Source: Ramazzottius varieornatus
Taxonomy: Eukaryota > Animalia > Tardigrada
Assembly: GCA_001949185.1 (NCBI GenBank)
Contig: BDGG01000001.1
Span: 7,638,149-7,702,148 of the forward strand
Reading direction: 5' to 3'
DNA length: 64,000 bases
Part shown: piece after piece, positions 13,313 to 26,700 of the stretch
How the letters are laid out: the number at the start of each line of letters is the position of its first letter
Numbering within the stretch: position 1 is the stretch's first letter
The notes under the pieces: model-generated
The model's input: the letters and a program-made list of their open reading frames with translations, nothing else
Database searches by the model: none
What the model was told of the DNA's origin: nothing
Position numbers and translations under genes: made by a program

Positions 13313-14364
13313 ACGTTCAGGACGATCTCAATGATGTCGGACAGATCCCAGGCAGCATGTCAGAGTCACCTCTGTCGTCCTCCCCTCCCTAGTCTCCTGC
13401 AAATGTTGCAAACCTTCACCTGTTACGACTAGAAAGCAGAATTATTCTGATTCTGAAGATGATAATGATGGAAAAATTGAAAATGCAGACGGTGCAGATC
13501 GACATACACCAAATTACCAATCGAGCGATGGCTCAACAGGTATGACATTCCATACATGACATTACAGTCTGACCGGAATTTCGTTAGTCTTACTTACTAG
13601 CAATGTACATTACTAGCGTGGACTGTCGGTGGTCAGTGCCGGAGCAGCCGGACCGTAGTCACTTATCCCAACTGGGTCCGTCAGATAAAGGACTCTTCCC
13701 GCTCGAAAGGTGGAGAGTTCCGCCCTTTGACCTAAGGTTCTGAGATTCTGAAGGACACCTGTCTGACGACAATCTGCTTTCCTTTGGATCGGCTGAAGGA
13801 GAGTCAACCCGGTTTCTCTTGGTAGAACATCGACCACAAAGCGCACCACCAGAACGCGACAAGACATCTGTGAAACTGAATATTTGCGTCGTTTGGATCT
13901 TTAATTGTGCGGACTGTTTGCCCGTCTGCAAACAAGTGCCCGGTCAGTGAGTGTTGTATCCCGTTCCGTGTGAATTTGCTTTCCGCAAATTGCATTTTCC
14001 GTTGTTCTTTTCCAGTCCGCATCTTGATGGGCGCATAAAGATGGGATCTGCAGAAAAAACCCGATGTTTCGAAAGTTCCCCGAGAGGGTTTTCCTATAAG
14101 TCAAAGAAAGCATATTACAACTGAGCAGGCTTGAAAACCTTTAACAGTGATTTGAACCCGGAAGTTCCATTCCGAATAAGTCCTTTCAGTACGCGTACAT
14201 CGTCGTCTCGAACGTTCAGAGCAAGCTCCGAGCACCATAATCAGAGAAAAGGGAAGAACCTCGTAACGAAAGAGCCATGACAACAAGAACTCGAATGTAA
14301 AGGATAAAATTTAAACTCGAGAAACGGTTCCAGAGTCCTGAGGGAAAGGCATACATTTTTCAAG

Positions 14365-17300
14365 TTATACATGGAGCGCATGATACAAAGTATTTTTTAC
14401 AGGTTGATATTCCTTTCGTTCGGTCTTTCTCCTGAGGTGTTTCTTAGCACGATTCATCCGCACAGTGGCGTTGATCAGACTATCGGAAGGACTAATAGAG
14501 AACATCAACTGGAAGACCTCGTCTGAATGCAGGCAAACCGCCACCAGATCGTCAAAGACGAACATGGAACGGAAGCCATCGTAGAAGGTCTTTCCCTCCC
14601 GCAATTCGTACGCAGTCTCAAGACCACCCAGCATGTGTAGCATCAACGCATTGCTGTACTTCTTGATGTCGCTCTCTCTCGATCCTGGGCCGAAGTAGGA
14701 GGCAATGCTTTTCAATACCTTGGTTGTGATGTAGACATCGTGGCTCGGACGAAGCTGTGTTCGATCGGACGCTGGCTTCCGCCAGTACTCTTGGGCTTCC
14801 AGCAAGGCCACAGCTTCCGGTCTGGGTCGTTCATCCACTTCAGGAAAGTACCAGCGCGTCTCGCCTTTATCGTACAGCTTCAGCAGACTGGTGGAGTAAA
14901 GCTCCACAGAGTCGTACAGTTTCTTCATTGCACTTTTTCTGGTGTTAGCTGGTAACTCGTAAAGAAGTTCAACGTGTTCTACGAACAAAGTGTCGTTAAG
15001 ATTTCCTTGTTACACGTTCGACACAAGTTTAAGAGACTGTAAAGGACACAGTACAGTACGTGCGGTACGAACCAAATAAGGCGACGATCATAGCTTCGTC
15101 GAGAACTGTCACAGTCTTCCCTTCCTTCTTGGCTCTCCTCCGCTGCAGCAGCCTTTTGACAAATACGCCCTCTCCCCCAACCGCGTACGCCACCAGGGCC
15201 TTGAGGTAGCCAGTGTACTCTCGGTTACCGGCACCCTGAATCTGCTTACGCTTGGACCGTTGAGGACCCAGGTAACGCTGATACTCGACCAACCTACACA
15301 ACAAACCAGCTCCACTCAGACTGGATACTAAGACTGGGACTTAGACTGGGTACTAAAGATATCCACTTTTCTATTCCAGTAGCTGGATGCTTTGTAATGA
15401 GTTTTATGATAGTCTGGAAAATTTGGGAGCTCGGCAAACAAGCCCACACAGCTTGTTTATCCAAGCAGCGCACGTTTCCAGTGTTCTCGGCCGGAAACGT
15501 GCGCCACTTGGAAACGATACGGTCGAGTTTGTCTGGCGAGATAGCAGTGAGTCCAGTCTAATGATTGGACTTATTTTCGTTTCTTCGCTAGTGTCGATAA
15601 AGTGTTTTTCTTATTGCTAGTGCAGTACTAAGTACTAACCTGGCTGTTAGCATATAAAAGTCGCTGTTGGGTGAAAGACGCGTTCGATGAGGAGCGGGAC
15701 TTGTCCAGTAGTTGCAGCCAGGTTCCGCTGGTGGATCGTCCACTTCAGGAACTAGCAGCGCCGGTACGGCATTCGAGCCAGAGGAAGCATCGACCATGGA
15801 CGGGAAGAGGATGGAGGCCATCAGCCTTGTGCTTTCTTCCACGTAAACCCTGCCTTTGAGACAGAACATGGCCTGAATATGCCGCCGGAAGATGCTATAG
15901 GCAAACTCTTCTTCCGATCCAAATGTCTTTCGGGCTCTCTCTGAAAAAAACACTAACGGTTAGAAAAGTTGGTGTCATAAAACTTATGGCAGCTCGGCTC
16001 GAAAGATCATTTCTCAAGTGGCGCGCCATTTCAGTGATTAACACTGACAACGTGCGTCACTTGGACAAGCCGGCCCATATCACTTTTACAAGTCGCGCAC
16101 GGTTTCAGCCAACAACAGTGAAACGTGCGCCATTTGGGCAAACAATCTCGTCGGGTTTTACTTGCGGAGCTCCCAAATGCAGAGAAAGTAGGGTTACCGT
16201 ATGTTGCGTCGTGGAGGTCCTCGCCAATCAGAGCCAATGTGCTTCCTTTGATGTGATGTCGGCCTTTGATGATGACGTCGACACCACCAACCATCTCGAC
16301 CACAATATCCATCGCGAAGCGACACCATCGCTGACGTACTGGCAGCCCAATTTCCTGTTCGTTGTAGCGTTCTTCCATTTCGCGAAGTTTCTCTTCGTCC
16401 ACGTAAAAGTCAAAGCCATGTGCAACCTGCACTTTGCCTGGATGTATTACAAGAACAGCCGGTTTACAAAAACGGAAAAAAGGAGCACGCGAGTTTCGTA
16501 CCTTCCGCTGGGTGCGAGCTTTCTTTCAGGTAGTCGCGAAGAAAAATGTCGGAAGGGAACCGCGACCTGCCGTCCGTGTAACTCTTCTGGTCCTTGTACG
16601 TTACACTAGTCAACGGCTTCAACATGGATAAAATTTCGGCTCGTACTTTCTCCGGGTTCGTCAGCGAGAAGGTCCGCTGCATGTGCTCTGTAACATCGAA
16701 CGTTTCACTAACACTGGGATGCTATCGGGAACATACAGGAACTGGGCAAACAAACTCGACCATTATTGGTTTTCCAAGTGGCGCAAACTTGCAGCCAACA
16801 ACAATGGAAACGTGCGCCACTTCGGAAAACGGTCCTGCCGAGCTTTTCAAAGTCGCGCACGCTTCAGTTCGCCAGTTTGGTCATCAGTCTTGTCGAGCGC
16901 TTTGCCGAGCTCTCATATCATAATCATGTACCGATAACGGCATCACAGACGTTGACAACAGACATGGCCAACTCGTTCCTCTCGATCGGACATGTACCAC
17001 TCGTGGTGTAGGCGAAACTTCGAGTTATCGCTTCACAACCACCCAGTAAATGTACCAGCAGCATCCAAGCGTACGTTACACTGTCAGCCAGCGAGTCTTC
17101 GGGCCCATCCCGAAGGTTCGGTAGGCTTTCCATGGCCACACTATAGACGAAGACGTCCATGGTGCAATTGAGCTTTTCCCGACTTGCTCCAGGAACGGTC
17201 CAGTACTGCGATGACAGGATGGTCCCTCCACAACCTTCATGTACAGGTAAGGAAGGGATATCGTCCAGGTTCAACTTCAAGGTACTCGCCGCACACATTT

Positions 17301-18453
17301 GTGCGAACAGGTCGTCTTGATCTCTTTCGTCGCGTGGTTCCGCTACCTTACGTTTCTTCGACACGATGGTACTTTTGGGTTGTCGCGTGACGTCGACTTC
17401 GTTACTTTCTTCGACCGAACGCTTCTTGTCCGTTGTTGTCGTCTGCAGCTCTACGGCAGAGGCTTTAGTCTTTCGTTGGGGCTGACGAAAGAGAGAACTT
17501 GAATCAACTTCCAGTGCGTCATCTTCTTCGTTTTCCGGATCACCGACATAGTATTCGTCTCCGGAATCTTCTTCGAACGGTGCGATCCACTCGTCGAGGT
17601 CGTCGTCTGATTGCAGAGACTCGCCATGTTTTGACAGAGCGTCGCCGTCCATCTTGTCCTGACTGACGATCTTGTCCACATCCATGCTGACATAGCTATC
17701 GTCTTGATGACCCAGAATCGTTTGAGCATCCTCAGCCGACGTCACAGTGAGTTTCCCTAGTATATTTCGGATGTAGGATGCTTCAGCTATCTTCCCGTTG
17801 GAACTGAGAGTAGGAGCGAATGTGTCGGCGGTCAGGTCGACGGGGTTGGAGACCAAGTGCAAAGACAGGCAGTCAGCGACGACAGCCACGTTGTCGCTGT
17901 ATCCCAGCCGGAAAATCGTCAGCATTTTCTTCTCTCTTCGGACGTCGTATTTCCATACGCCAGTCTCTTGTCCAAATTTCGGTACGACCTGCGCCTCGAA
18001 CTTTGAGAAGCTTTCCGATGAAGGAGCGTCGTTCAGTGTGGTCGGATTCTCTGTTTGATGACCGTTGTCCAAATGCGTCAACAGTATCTGAACGTCGGGG
18101 GACGATGTCAGCGTACTCTTACCGAGCACATTCTCGATGAAGAAAGGGTCTTTCTTCTGTCCGCCGGAACTGAAGGTGGGAGTGAGGGAGTAGGTGGAAG
18201 GGTCGGAAGGTTGGAAAGTGAACTGCAGGCAGAGGCAATCGTCCACTGCCGCGACGGCTTCCATCTCGTCCGTGTACTTTAACGTGAAGATGGTCAGCCG
18301 CTTCTCCTCCCTCCACACGTCGTACTTCCATCTCGCCGTCTCTTGTCCCAGTTTGGGAACCACCAGCATGACAAAGTCCGAGAAGACGTCCACTTCCGGT
18401 GGCCGTTCCATCGTTGCGTTGTCACTATCGTCATCGATCTTCATGTCTTCCAT
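14365..18453 (-). CDS. Unknown family copy C, apparently intact 6-exon gene (2 N-terminal domains, acidic/basic linker, 4 BEN-like repeats)
   Basis: Exons ~18453-16932, 16687-16502, ~16440-16197, ~15941-15640, ~15293-15072 and ~14980-14365, all open and with GT-AG boundaries. Paralogous motifs are conserved with copies D and F. Confidence 0.85.
15425..15539. repeat. Intronic fold-back repeat (GGCGCAC hairpin family), copy C intron
   Basis: GGGAGCTCGGCAAAC..CAAGCAGCGCACGTTTCC..GGAAACGTGCGCCACTTGG..GAGTTTGTCTGGCGAG. Confidence 0.85.
16745..16912. repeat. Intronic fold-back repeat, three-half-site version, copy C intron 1
   Basis: GGCAAACAAACTCGAC..AAGTGGCGCA..GTGCGCCACTT..AAGTCGCGCAC..CTTGTCGAG..TTTGCCGAGCTC. 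Confidence 0.85.
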
Positions 18454-19092
18454 CTTGCGCTGACAGTCCAGAACCCTCCTGCACGTCCAGCGCCGTCAAC
18501 CCGATAGCAGATCCGGCCAATGCAACTTTCAGTCAACCGAAATTCGGCAAACGCGAGGGATGTGTTGCGATGTATTACGCTCGCGAACGGTGCAACGAAA
18601 ACATCCTGCGTGAATACTCATTACTCAAGAGCGAAATTGCGTTATAGAATGCCGTATGTCGGTTTTCAGCGCCGGATGGCTTGCACTCTCTGGATTTGGT
18701 CGAGCAATAGCACGCCGTTCGGGGGGCGCGGCTAGTTCCCGCATGATTTAGCTGCGCGTAAGAAACTGTGGGGGTGTCCGGGCTGATGGCTCCCCGTCGC
18801 TCGAGCTTTCTAGTTACTACCATCAATTTGCTCCGTGAGGTTCAGTTCTTTCACAGCCGAACAGCGAAGGGATTTGTGCATTTCGGCAGGTAGAAGAATA
18901 TGCATTTGACTGATACATCTTGCGATATTAACACGGCAATGCCGAGAACGAAAGGCAGTGTCATTAGATTTCCGGTCATCGTACAGTACTTGTTCGCACT
19001 CTCCACCAAACTTCACCTTTTAACAGTCGGCATATAACACAAAGCAAATGCGGCCACGAAACCGAACATTAAGCAAGAGGGAAAGACACACG

Positions 19093-22000
19093 TCAGGTTA
19101 CGCTAAGAGCCAGATGCAAAGAATCGCCATCTCTCTTTATCCCGACGACCTGCCTTTCCCGACCACCTCTCTTTATCCGACGTGTCTCGTGGTCTTTGTA
19201 ACACTGCATCCTGGCATTGGCATAGATCAAGCTGGCGTTAGGAGTGATAGAGAATAACAAGTGAAATACCTCGTCTGAATGCAGACACACTGCCACCAGA
19301 TCGTCAAAGACAAACAGGGAGCGAAGACCGCCGTAAAATGTCTTCTTATCCCAAAACTCATAGACCGTTCCTGGTCCGCCCAGCATATGCACTAGCAACG
19401 CGAAGTTGTACTTCTTGATGCAATTCTCTCTGGACGTTGGGCCAAAGTAAGAGACGATACTTTGGAGTAGCTTGGTTGTGATGTAGACATCGTGGCCCGG
19501 TCGCAGCTCAGTTCGGTCGGGCGCCGGCTTTCGCCAGTACTCTTGGGCTTCCAGCAAGGCCACAGCTTCTGACTTGGGTCGTTCATCCAGCTCAGGAAAA
19601 TGCCACCGTGTCTGACCTTTGGTGTACAGTTCTAGTTGACGCTTCGCAAAGACTTCTAGACAGTCTCGTAGCTTTTCCGTTGCGCTTTTCCTTTCTGTGG
19701 TTGGTATCTCAAAGAGACGTTCCACGTGCTCTAAGAGGAAACAAGACTGTAACGGGTCAGCGCGGACTGTAAAACTGGGTTCTCCATTCAAAAATTCAAC
19801 AAACCAAAGATGGCAGTTTTCAATGCGTCGTCGAGAAGGGCCACACGTTTTCCTTTCCTCATCGCGTTCTTCTGCTGCAACACTCTTTTCAGGAAGGCTT
19901 CTTCCCCACCAACCGCATATGGTACCAGAGCCTTGAGATAGAGAGCGTACTCGGCACCTGCTCGAACCATCTTTATCTTGGCTCGTTCGGGACCCAAATA
20001 TCTCTGATACTCAACCAGCCTACAAACGCGAAGCTCGCAGGCTTGATGAAGGTTCTTCACTGAATGTAGAACGAAGTAGAACGTTTTTGTGCGCGAGCTT
20101 GGGGAATAAACTCGACATCGCTTCCCCAGGTAGCGCACGTCCTTGGTGTCATTCGCCGGACGCGCGACACTTGGAAAACGATCCTGCCAACTTTGCAGTC
20201 TCAAGTGGCGCGAGCTTCCAACCATTCACGCTAGAAACGTGAGCCACTTGAAAAAACAAACTCGTCGAATTTGTTTATCCAGCTCCGATGTACCAACCTG
20301 GCAGTCTGCATGTAGATATCCCAGTTTGGCGAAAGACGTGTCCGATGAGGAGCGGGTCTTGTCCAGTAGTTACATCCTGCTTCGGCTGGTGCGTCGTCCA
20401 CATCAGGAAGCGGTACTAGACCGGTAGCACCTGAGGCGTCGGCTCGGAAGAGGATAGACGCCATCAGTGGCGCATTCCGGCTAACGTCCACTGCAGTGCC
20501 CCTTCTCTTGGGCGGTCGCAGGTAACCCCAGAGGCTGGCCCGGAAGTCCTTCAGGGTGGGTTTCAATTCCTTACCGAACGTCTTCTGAGCTCTCGCTAAA
20601 GATGAGCTTGAAAACGTTAGATATTACAGCAGACAGGTCAGAACTGATAAGAAAATTTACCCCATATGGCTTCGAAGATATCGTCTCCGATCAGCGCCAG
20701 AATGCTTCCTCGTGATTCCTTCTGGCCTTTATGCAATACTTCCGTGCCTCCAGCTAACTCCGCTGCGATGTCCATGGCGAAGCCTCCCCATCGTTGGAGT
20801 ACTTCCAACTCTTCTGCTCCATCCTTATAGTGCCGTGTTATATTCGCGAGCTGCTTTTCGTCAAGGTAAAGGTCAAAGCCATCAGCAACTTGTACTTTAC
20901 CTAAAAAATGTTTTCGCTATCGGAAAATCGGCCAAAAAGAACGAAGAAAAATCACGTAATTACCTTCTTCTGGATACGAGCTATTATTCAGGTATTCTCG
21001 AAGGAAGAGATCGGAGGGAACACGAGTGCGTTCACCAGCTCTTTGTTCTTTGGAACCCTTGAGATTCTTATAGGGTATGTTAGTTAACGGCTGCAGTAAC
21101 GCCAGAACTTCCGTATGCACAACATCCTTGTTTTCCAACGAAGAAGTTCGCTCCATATGCTCTGAAAAACAATAACGAAAACATTGCGTTACAAAGGTCG
21201 GAACTGAAACCCAGACGTTTCCTTCTATGGGACTGGAGCAAACAAAGCGTACAGTACATGATGGTTTTCCCAAGTCAGACACGCTTTCAGCCAGTAACAC
21301 TAAAGAGGTGCGCCATCTGGGAAAACAGTCAAGCTCAATACCAGGGTTTTTTCAAGTGGCGAACGCTTCCAGCTAATAACACTGAAACCGTGCGCCACTT
21401 AGGAAACGGTCTTGTCGAGCTCGCAAATCCTTCACATACCGAGAACCGCGTCGCACAGGTTGACGACGATCTTGACCAATTCCTTCCTTTCGATCGGGCA
21501 TGTCCCACTGGACGTGTATGTGAAACTCCGAGATATCGCTTTCCAGCCACCCAGCAAATGCTCCAGCAACACCCAAGCATAAGCTACACTCCGGACCAGA
21601 TCTTGGACCGGAAGCGCTATAGGAAACGGAAGCTGTGCTGCGGCAAGACTCTTGATGCTTTTGATCGCTTTCTTGTCCACGAAGACGTCCATGTCGCAGT
21701 TCAGTTTCTGTCGGGCAGCTGCCGCCTTTTGCCAGTACTGCGACGAGAAGATCGTACCACCACATTCGGAGTACGGAGGCGCAGACGGCATATCTTTGAC
21801 ATTCAGCTTCAGCGAACTCTTTAACTGCATCTCAGCGAGGATTTCCTCGTCTACCTCTTCACCGACAACCCCAACAACGAGTCTTCTTTTCTTGGAGGGT
21901 TTCTCAGTGGAGGAAGACTTCAGCAACGGTTCCTCGGCTGGTCGTTTCTTTCTTTTGGCTTTCACTGCTACAACTTCCGGTGAAGTATCTCTGGAAGGCG

Positions 22001-22694
22001 ACGTGACGTCGTTTCTATCTTCCGGGATGAAATCCTCCGAGCTGTCGTCGACGAAGCCCTTCTCAATCGGTACGGCCTGCTTATTCAAACTATCAACGTA
22101 GTTTTCGCCTCGGCAGCGCGATTTTTCTGCAGTAGAGTCCTTCTCGATGTTTTCTGCGTCTTCTCCATACTTACTGTCTAAATGCAGCAATATGGTTCGA
22201 ATGTCTTGGGGAGAAGTAACGATGCCTTTGCCCAACACCCGCATGATGAAGGCTGGTCCTATCTTCTGGCCGCCGCAGCTGTAGATGGGAATGAAGAGGT
22301 CCGCCGAGGGATTAGCAGGGTTGGAGAAGAATCGTAAACACAGGCAGTCCCCGACTGCAACCGTATCGTCCTTGTACTCTAGCCTGAAAATTGTCAGCTG
22401 CTTCTCCTTCCTCTGAACATCGTACTTCCATCTTGAGCCTGTAGTCCGCTGCGCAAATTTCGGTACTGCAAGCTTGACAAAGTCCGAGAAGGTGTCCGCT
22501 TCCGGTGGTCGTTCTGATGACTGGACCGGATATTCCATTTCTTCCGTCGTGGGTCCGCTGTTCCGATCCTCGTTTACCCAGGATGCATTAGTCTTCTCGC
22601 CGGTGGCTAGTGGGGAAAAATGGCGATATAATCCCCGTTTGTTTTGGTTTTCTATCAAGTTAAGTACTGTACTTTTCTTGTCGCAGCTTAACAT
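19093..22694 (-). CDS. Unknown family copy D, apparently intact 6-exon gene (1 N-terminal domain, 4 BEN-like repeats)
   Basis: Open exons ~22694-21440, ~21162-20964, ~20900-20661 (KVQVADGFDLYLDE..FAMDIAAELAGG..LALIGDDIFEAIW, read manually), ~20596-20298, ~20020-19805 and ~19731-19093. The start could instead be MEYP at ~22537. Confidence 0.85.
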
Positions 22695-23749
22695 GGGAAT
22701 TGCGTTAAACCGTCTAGTTTCGGTCGATTGGTTGAAATGGGGGACTACAAGACTTACAGTACGACAAAATTAACCGTTAAAAATGGGCGGAATACTGCAG
22801 CTGGAGCTTATTCACGACTTATCCAATAAGACTATAGTTTGGTGCATACGCAAATTTCATTGGCTTCATCTATCTGGTTCCACCCAACACCCATTTTTAG
22901 CGGCTTATTTTGTCGTACACTGTACGACTGCGTTGATTGCGTTGAGTGCCTTGATTGGACCATGGGAAGCCAACCGGTTGAACTCTCCAGTCACTCCATC
23001 CATTGTGGACCATTGACCATTGACCATCGCCCATACTCCATTGTGCTGCACTGCTGCGAACATCTTCTCGTTCCATCGAAACGACCTTTGGCTTACGACT
23101 TCCAGCACTTGCGAAGGACGACTTGTTTAGCGTTACGCACAGAAAGTGAGAAGTTTCGGATGCGGCAAAAAATTCGACCAGATCGTTCTCTACAGACTTC
23201 TTCCAACCTTATCCAGGTGTCGTGCTTCTCGTTATAGGGAAGGGCCCGACTTGCGCGTAGGCATACTGAGCCCTAACTGAGCAGGAATTGCATGACCTGA
23301 GCACAGTTTTTGGTATTTTCCTTGACGGGGCGAACGAGCATTAAGTGTTCATAAACTATGAACTCCTCGGACCTCTTCGGATGAACGTACAAGCCGATAA
23401 AAAGGAAAATTAATAGAATATTATAGCGAAAGTTCCACCAATGATAACGCCTCTGCTGGTTTCCCTGCGGGTACGAACCTCAACAGCTCTGTTCTTACAA
23501 CGAGACCGACCTTCCACAACCAGTGGAAAACCTGCATCGACTTCAACCGTTCACTTTCCGGCTCTTGGAATCCTTTTATCAGTACAACATCAAAACGGCT
23601 ATCACGAAGGAAGCCTGCAGCCGTTTGAGGAATTGTAGACATCGTAGACCATATTTTCAGTTGGCGACTTTTCATTCTGTTTTTCGCTAAAATCTTTACC
23701 AGTTGGCTCGAAAGACCATGCGGTTTTCGCAACTACAGAGAGGCGGAAG

Positions 23750-26700
23750 TTAGGAAACGTTTAGTGCCAGATGTAACAGATCGTCGTTTTTTGTACTCTT
23801 CGCCGTAGCTCGTCTCGCCAGACGCTTCTGCTGCTTGTTGTAACGGGCTATGCCGGAGTTGGCATAAATGATAAGAGCATTGGGGTTGAGGCAAAACATC
23901 ACCTGGAAAATTTCTTCGGCGTGCGAGCAAACTGCTACCAGATCGTCAAAGTCGAACAAGGGCCGAAGACTTCCCGCCACCTTCAGCAGTTTGCGTGCAG
24001 TTTCCAAGCCACCCAGCATGTGTACTATCAAAGCACAGCTGTACTTCTTTGTGGATTTCTCTGGGGACTGTGGACCGTAGTACGAGGCGATACTTTCCAG
24101 TTGCTTGGTCCTGATGTAGACATCGTGGCCCGGTCGAAGCTGTGTTCGCTCGGGCGCCGGCTTCCGCCAGTATTCTTGCGCTTCCAGCAAGGACAAAACT
24201 TTCGGTTTGGGTCGTTCATCAAACTGGGGAAAGTACCAGCGTAACTCGCGATTGTCGTAGGACTCCAGTTCACTGAGGGAAAACTTTTCCAGAGCGCGGC
24301 ATAGATACTTCATCGCACTAATCCTCTCTGTACCTGTCACCACAAAAAGGCGTTCCAGGTGCTCTGCAAAAATAAAAGTCATGGCAAAAGTAAAAATAGC
24401 CAAAGGTCCACTTTCTCTGCTGACAGTCAAGCGAAGCAAGCTTACCAAAAATAGCCAACATCAGCTGGTCAAGAAGAAAGCCCGCAGGTCGCCGTTGTTG
24501 TGTATCGTGCCTCCGCTGCAGCGCTTTCTTCAGAAAGGCTTCTTCTCCGCCAACCGCATACTGAACTAACGCCTCGAGGTACGCGGCGCAGTCTTTGTCG
24601 TTTCAAGCTTTTTGGCCTCATCGCTTTCCGCGCCAAGATACCGTCGGTACTCTTCTAATCTGAAAGAGAAAAACATCAGCGCTATTCGGAACACAGGTAG
24701 CCGAATTCGACAAGATCATCTGCTCAAGTGGCGCACTCTTGCAGCCAGTAGCACTGAGAGCGTGCGCCACCTGGGAAACAATCTCGTCAAGCTTTTCAAG
24801 GTGACGCACGTTTCCAATGTTATCGGCTGAAAGTGTGCGCGACTTGGATGAAACGACCTTGGCGAGTATATTTGCCGAACTTCCGTTTCTAGTTCGAACA
24901 TCGAGAAAAAGGTGATAAACTAACCTGGAAGTCAGCATGTAGATATCGCTGTTGGGGGAAAGACGTGTTCAATCAGAAGCCGGTTTTGTCCAGTAGTTAT
25001 AGCCAGGTACCGCTGAAGGACCGTCCGCTTCTGGTACAAGAACCAAGAGTATGGAGTTCGATGAGCAGGAAGAACCGTCGTTGGTATTGTCCTTCGCAAC
25101 GGCTCTTTTCTTCTTCTTATCCTCAACGGCGACGAAGAAAGCGGCCGCGAATACCCCTGAACGAAGGTTCGGAAGTCTGTAAAGGCAGGAGTGTCGTCGG
25201 AGCCGAACGACGCCTGAGCTCTCGCTACAAAAGCAAGTAGAAGGTAATACAGTAAATGTATGCAAGATGATGGTGCCGATTGAGGCGTACCCCATACAGC
25301 TTTGAAGAGATCTTCGCCTATCAATTCTAAATGTCGTCTCCGGTTTCCTCCTGGCGTCTGTCGAGAGCTTTGGTGCCCCCAACCAGCTCTGCCACAATGT
25401 CTACAGTGAAGCGACACCATCGCTGCATTACCGTAGACTTTGCCCCAGCTTCTTTGTGAAACTGCTCAATGTCGTCCAGCTTTCCTTCGCCCAGGTAGAA
25501 GTCGTAACCATGAGCGATTTGTATTTTGCCTGAACAGCGAATAAACAGATCTGGTACTTCTTTTAACAACCAAAACATACCAAAACAAGAAGAGAGTTGG
25601 TGATATCCTACCGTCATCGGGATACGAGTTATCTTTCAGCCGATCATGAATGAACTCGTCCGACGGACATCGAGCTTCACCTCTGGAAAGCCCTGCGTCC
25701 TTGAACGGTACGCTGGCTATGGGCTTCAACATCGAAAGTACCTCAGTTCGTACTTCTTCTTTATTCGTCAATGTGAGGGTCCACTCCATGTGCTCTGGAA
25801 AACATACAGCAATGTACCACACAAGTCACGCCGTCATTGTATGTACTCTGTCGAGGATTTCACCTACTGGAAACTGAGCAAGATCGTTTTCGCCAAGTGG
25901 CGCACGGTCTCGGTGTTTATGGCTGAGAAGGTGCGCCATTTGGGACAGCGAACTCCCCAACATTAATTTCTGAAGTGGCGTACGCTCTCAGCCAATAACA
26001 CTAACACATGCGCCCCTGGGCCCGGGAAAACCAACCTTGTTGAGGTTACGGCGAGCTTGAAAGAGATTCCAATTCATTCACATACCAAGAACAGCATCAC
26101 ACAAGTTAAAGACAACCTCCACCAGCTCCTTCCTGGCAATCGGACACGCACCACTCGATGCGTAGGTGAAACTTCGAGAGACGGCCTCTTTACCACCCAG
26201 CAAATGCTCCAGCAGCATCCAAGCGTAGGCTACACTCTGAATGAGTTTCTGCACATAAGCTGGTACAGGAAGCGACAACTGCAACACAGCGAGACTCTGT
26301 AGACTCGTCATCGCATCCTTATCCACGAAGATGTCCATGGTGGTACAATCCAGCTTTTCGCGGGTCCCCTCTGGGTTCCTCCAGTACTGCGACGACAGGA
26401 TGGTACTTCGGAATCGGAATGTAAGGGCAACGAAGGCATGTTTGCTGCTTCCAGTTTCAGCGAACTGCCGCACGCGCCTTTGCGAATAAATGCTCGGCTT
26501 GTTCAACTGTCATAGTACCAAAAACCTTCCGTTTCTTCGGAAGCTTGACGGTCTCAGAGTATCCAGCAGGCCGCTTTGCCTCAGGTGCTCTGTAGGTAGT
26601 TCCGGTCCACTGAGGGCGCAGCCAACCGAAAGACAATTCGAGCTTTCTCCCATCTTCTGACGATATTTCCCCTTCGCTGTCGTTCTCGAGATGTTTGTCG

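Noticed and set aside
13400-14360. Short ORFs in the B-C and D-E intergenic spacers (also 22780-23740)
   Set aside because: No homology to the family or known motifs; more likely UTR or promoter sequence.
15315-15358. Three copies of a ~12-bp AGACTGG(G/A)(T)ACT unit
   Set aside because: Tiny intronic tandem duplication with no evidence of function.
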